From NCBI GenBank assembly GCA_037189525.1, contig JBBCJC010000005.1:768001-832000 (forward strand): DNA of 64,000 nt, given 5' to 3'. The stretch is from Gemmatimonadales bacterium. GTDB lineage: Bacteria; Gemmatimonadota; Gemmatimonadetes; Gemmatimonadales; GWC2-71-9. Shown here piece by piece: positions 63,220-64,000 of the stretch (positions are counted from its first letter, which is position 1; every line of letters begins with the position of its first letter). The position numbers and the translations under genes are program-made. Under the pieces are notes generated by a model. That model had not been told where the DNA came from, ran no database searches, and saw only the letters and a program-made list of their open reading frames with translations.

Positions 63220-64000
63220 CACCGTCACGTCCTGGCCGTTCGACCATCGCCATTCACGGTACGCCGCATCGCATTCCCGACGGCGCGCCGGTGGTGCAGC
63301 CGGTCTATCAGAGCACGACGTACGGCTACCCGGTCGGCGGCGGAGGCGATCTGCTCTACGAGCGGTACGGCAACACGCCGAATCAGATCGGACTGGCCAA
63401 GAAGTACGCGTTGCTCGAGGGCGCGGAGGCCGCCGTCATGCTGGGCAGCGGGATGGCAGCGACGGCACTGGCGCACCTTGCGGTGCTCCGCCCCGGCGAC
63501 CATCTGATTTCCAGCGCCTGGATCTACGGCGGCACGAAACAGTTCTTCGATGAGGAACTGGATCGATTGGGCATCGGGGTGAGCTATGTCGACCCCAGCC
63601 AGCCCCGCGCCTGGCGGCGCGCCATTCGGAAGACGACCCGGGCCGTGTTCCTCGAGTCCCCGACCAACCCGCTGATGCGGATCGTCGATCCGGCGCCGGT
63701 TGCTGCGATTGCCCGGGAATCGGGTCTTGCCCTGCTGGTCGACAGCACCTTCGCGAGCCCGATCAATTTCCGGCCGCTGGAACACGGCGCCGACGTGGTG
63801 ATCACCAGCGCCACCAAGTATCTCAACGGGCACTCGGACGTGACGGGTGGCGCGGTTGCCGGAGCGCAAGCCGTGATCGACGAAGTGACCCGCCTGGCGC
63901 GCACTTGGGGACCGGCGCTCAGTTCGCACGCCGCATGGCTGCTCGATCGCGGCCTCAAGACCCTGGCGCTCCGGGTGGCCAGGCACAACACCAACGCCAT
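63216..64000 (+). CDS. Cys/Met metabolism PLP-dependent enzyme (cystathionine gamma-synthase/lyase family), truncated by window
   Basis: Manual translation: TIAIHG, PVYQSTTY, YERYGNTP, SGMAA, YGGT, ESPTNP, DSTFASP, SATKYLNGHSD. Confidence 0.92.
   Translation, partial: MTPSRPGRSTIAIHGTPHRIPDGAPVVQPVYQSTTYGYPVGGGGDLLYERYGNTPNQIGLAKKYALLEGAEAAVMLGSGMAATALAHLAVLRPGDHLISSAWIYGGTKQFFDEELDRLGIGVSYVDPSQPRAWRRAIRKTTRAVFLESPTNPLMRIVDPAPVAAIARESGLALLVDSTFASPINFRPLEHGADVVITSATKYLNGHSDVTGGAVAGAQAVIDEVTRLARTWGPALSSHAAWLLDRGLKTLALRVARHNTNA

Overview
GC-rich bacterial chromosomal window. Gene content (ECF sigma plus Ser/Thr kinase-TPR pair, PadR plus duplicated orphan permease, several exported serine hydrolases/peptidases) is suggestive of Gemmatimonadota or a similar lineage; this is inference. 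The left ~38 kb is metabolic/accessory: MFS, aldolase, amidohydrolase, PQQ sugar dehydrogenase, MaoC pair, tyrA, proC-rocD, CPA2 antiporter, ECF-kinase, SulP, an 8.5-kb cyclic beta-1,2-glucan synthase, PadR-permease and a Phd/VapC toxin-antitoxin pair. It ends at a stand-alone tRNA-Ile(GAT). The right ~26 kb is core-like: typA, CDF and CorC-type transporters, DUF58-BatA-mfd-PPIase-surA-pdxA, M28 peptidase, two EamA genes and lepA-waaF-ROK-PfkB-HATPase-STAS/wHTH-transsulfuration enzyme. No CRISPR array, rRNA, transposase, integrase or reverse transcriptase was seen. Best candidates for undescribed biology: (1) a translationally coupled STAS-HATPase kinase plus STAS-wHTH pair that looks like a sigma-independent partner-switching regulator; (2) a 69-aa protein that is 59% Asp/Glu, between typA and the tRNA; (3) a 1564-bp cassette carrying a secreted protein, flanked by a ~90% identical duplication of an oxidoreductase 3' end; (4) two sigma-54-like promoters ahead of uncharacterised exported proteins. 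All family assignments are by motif recognition, not database search.
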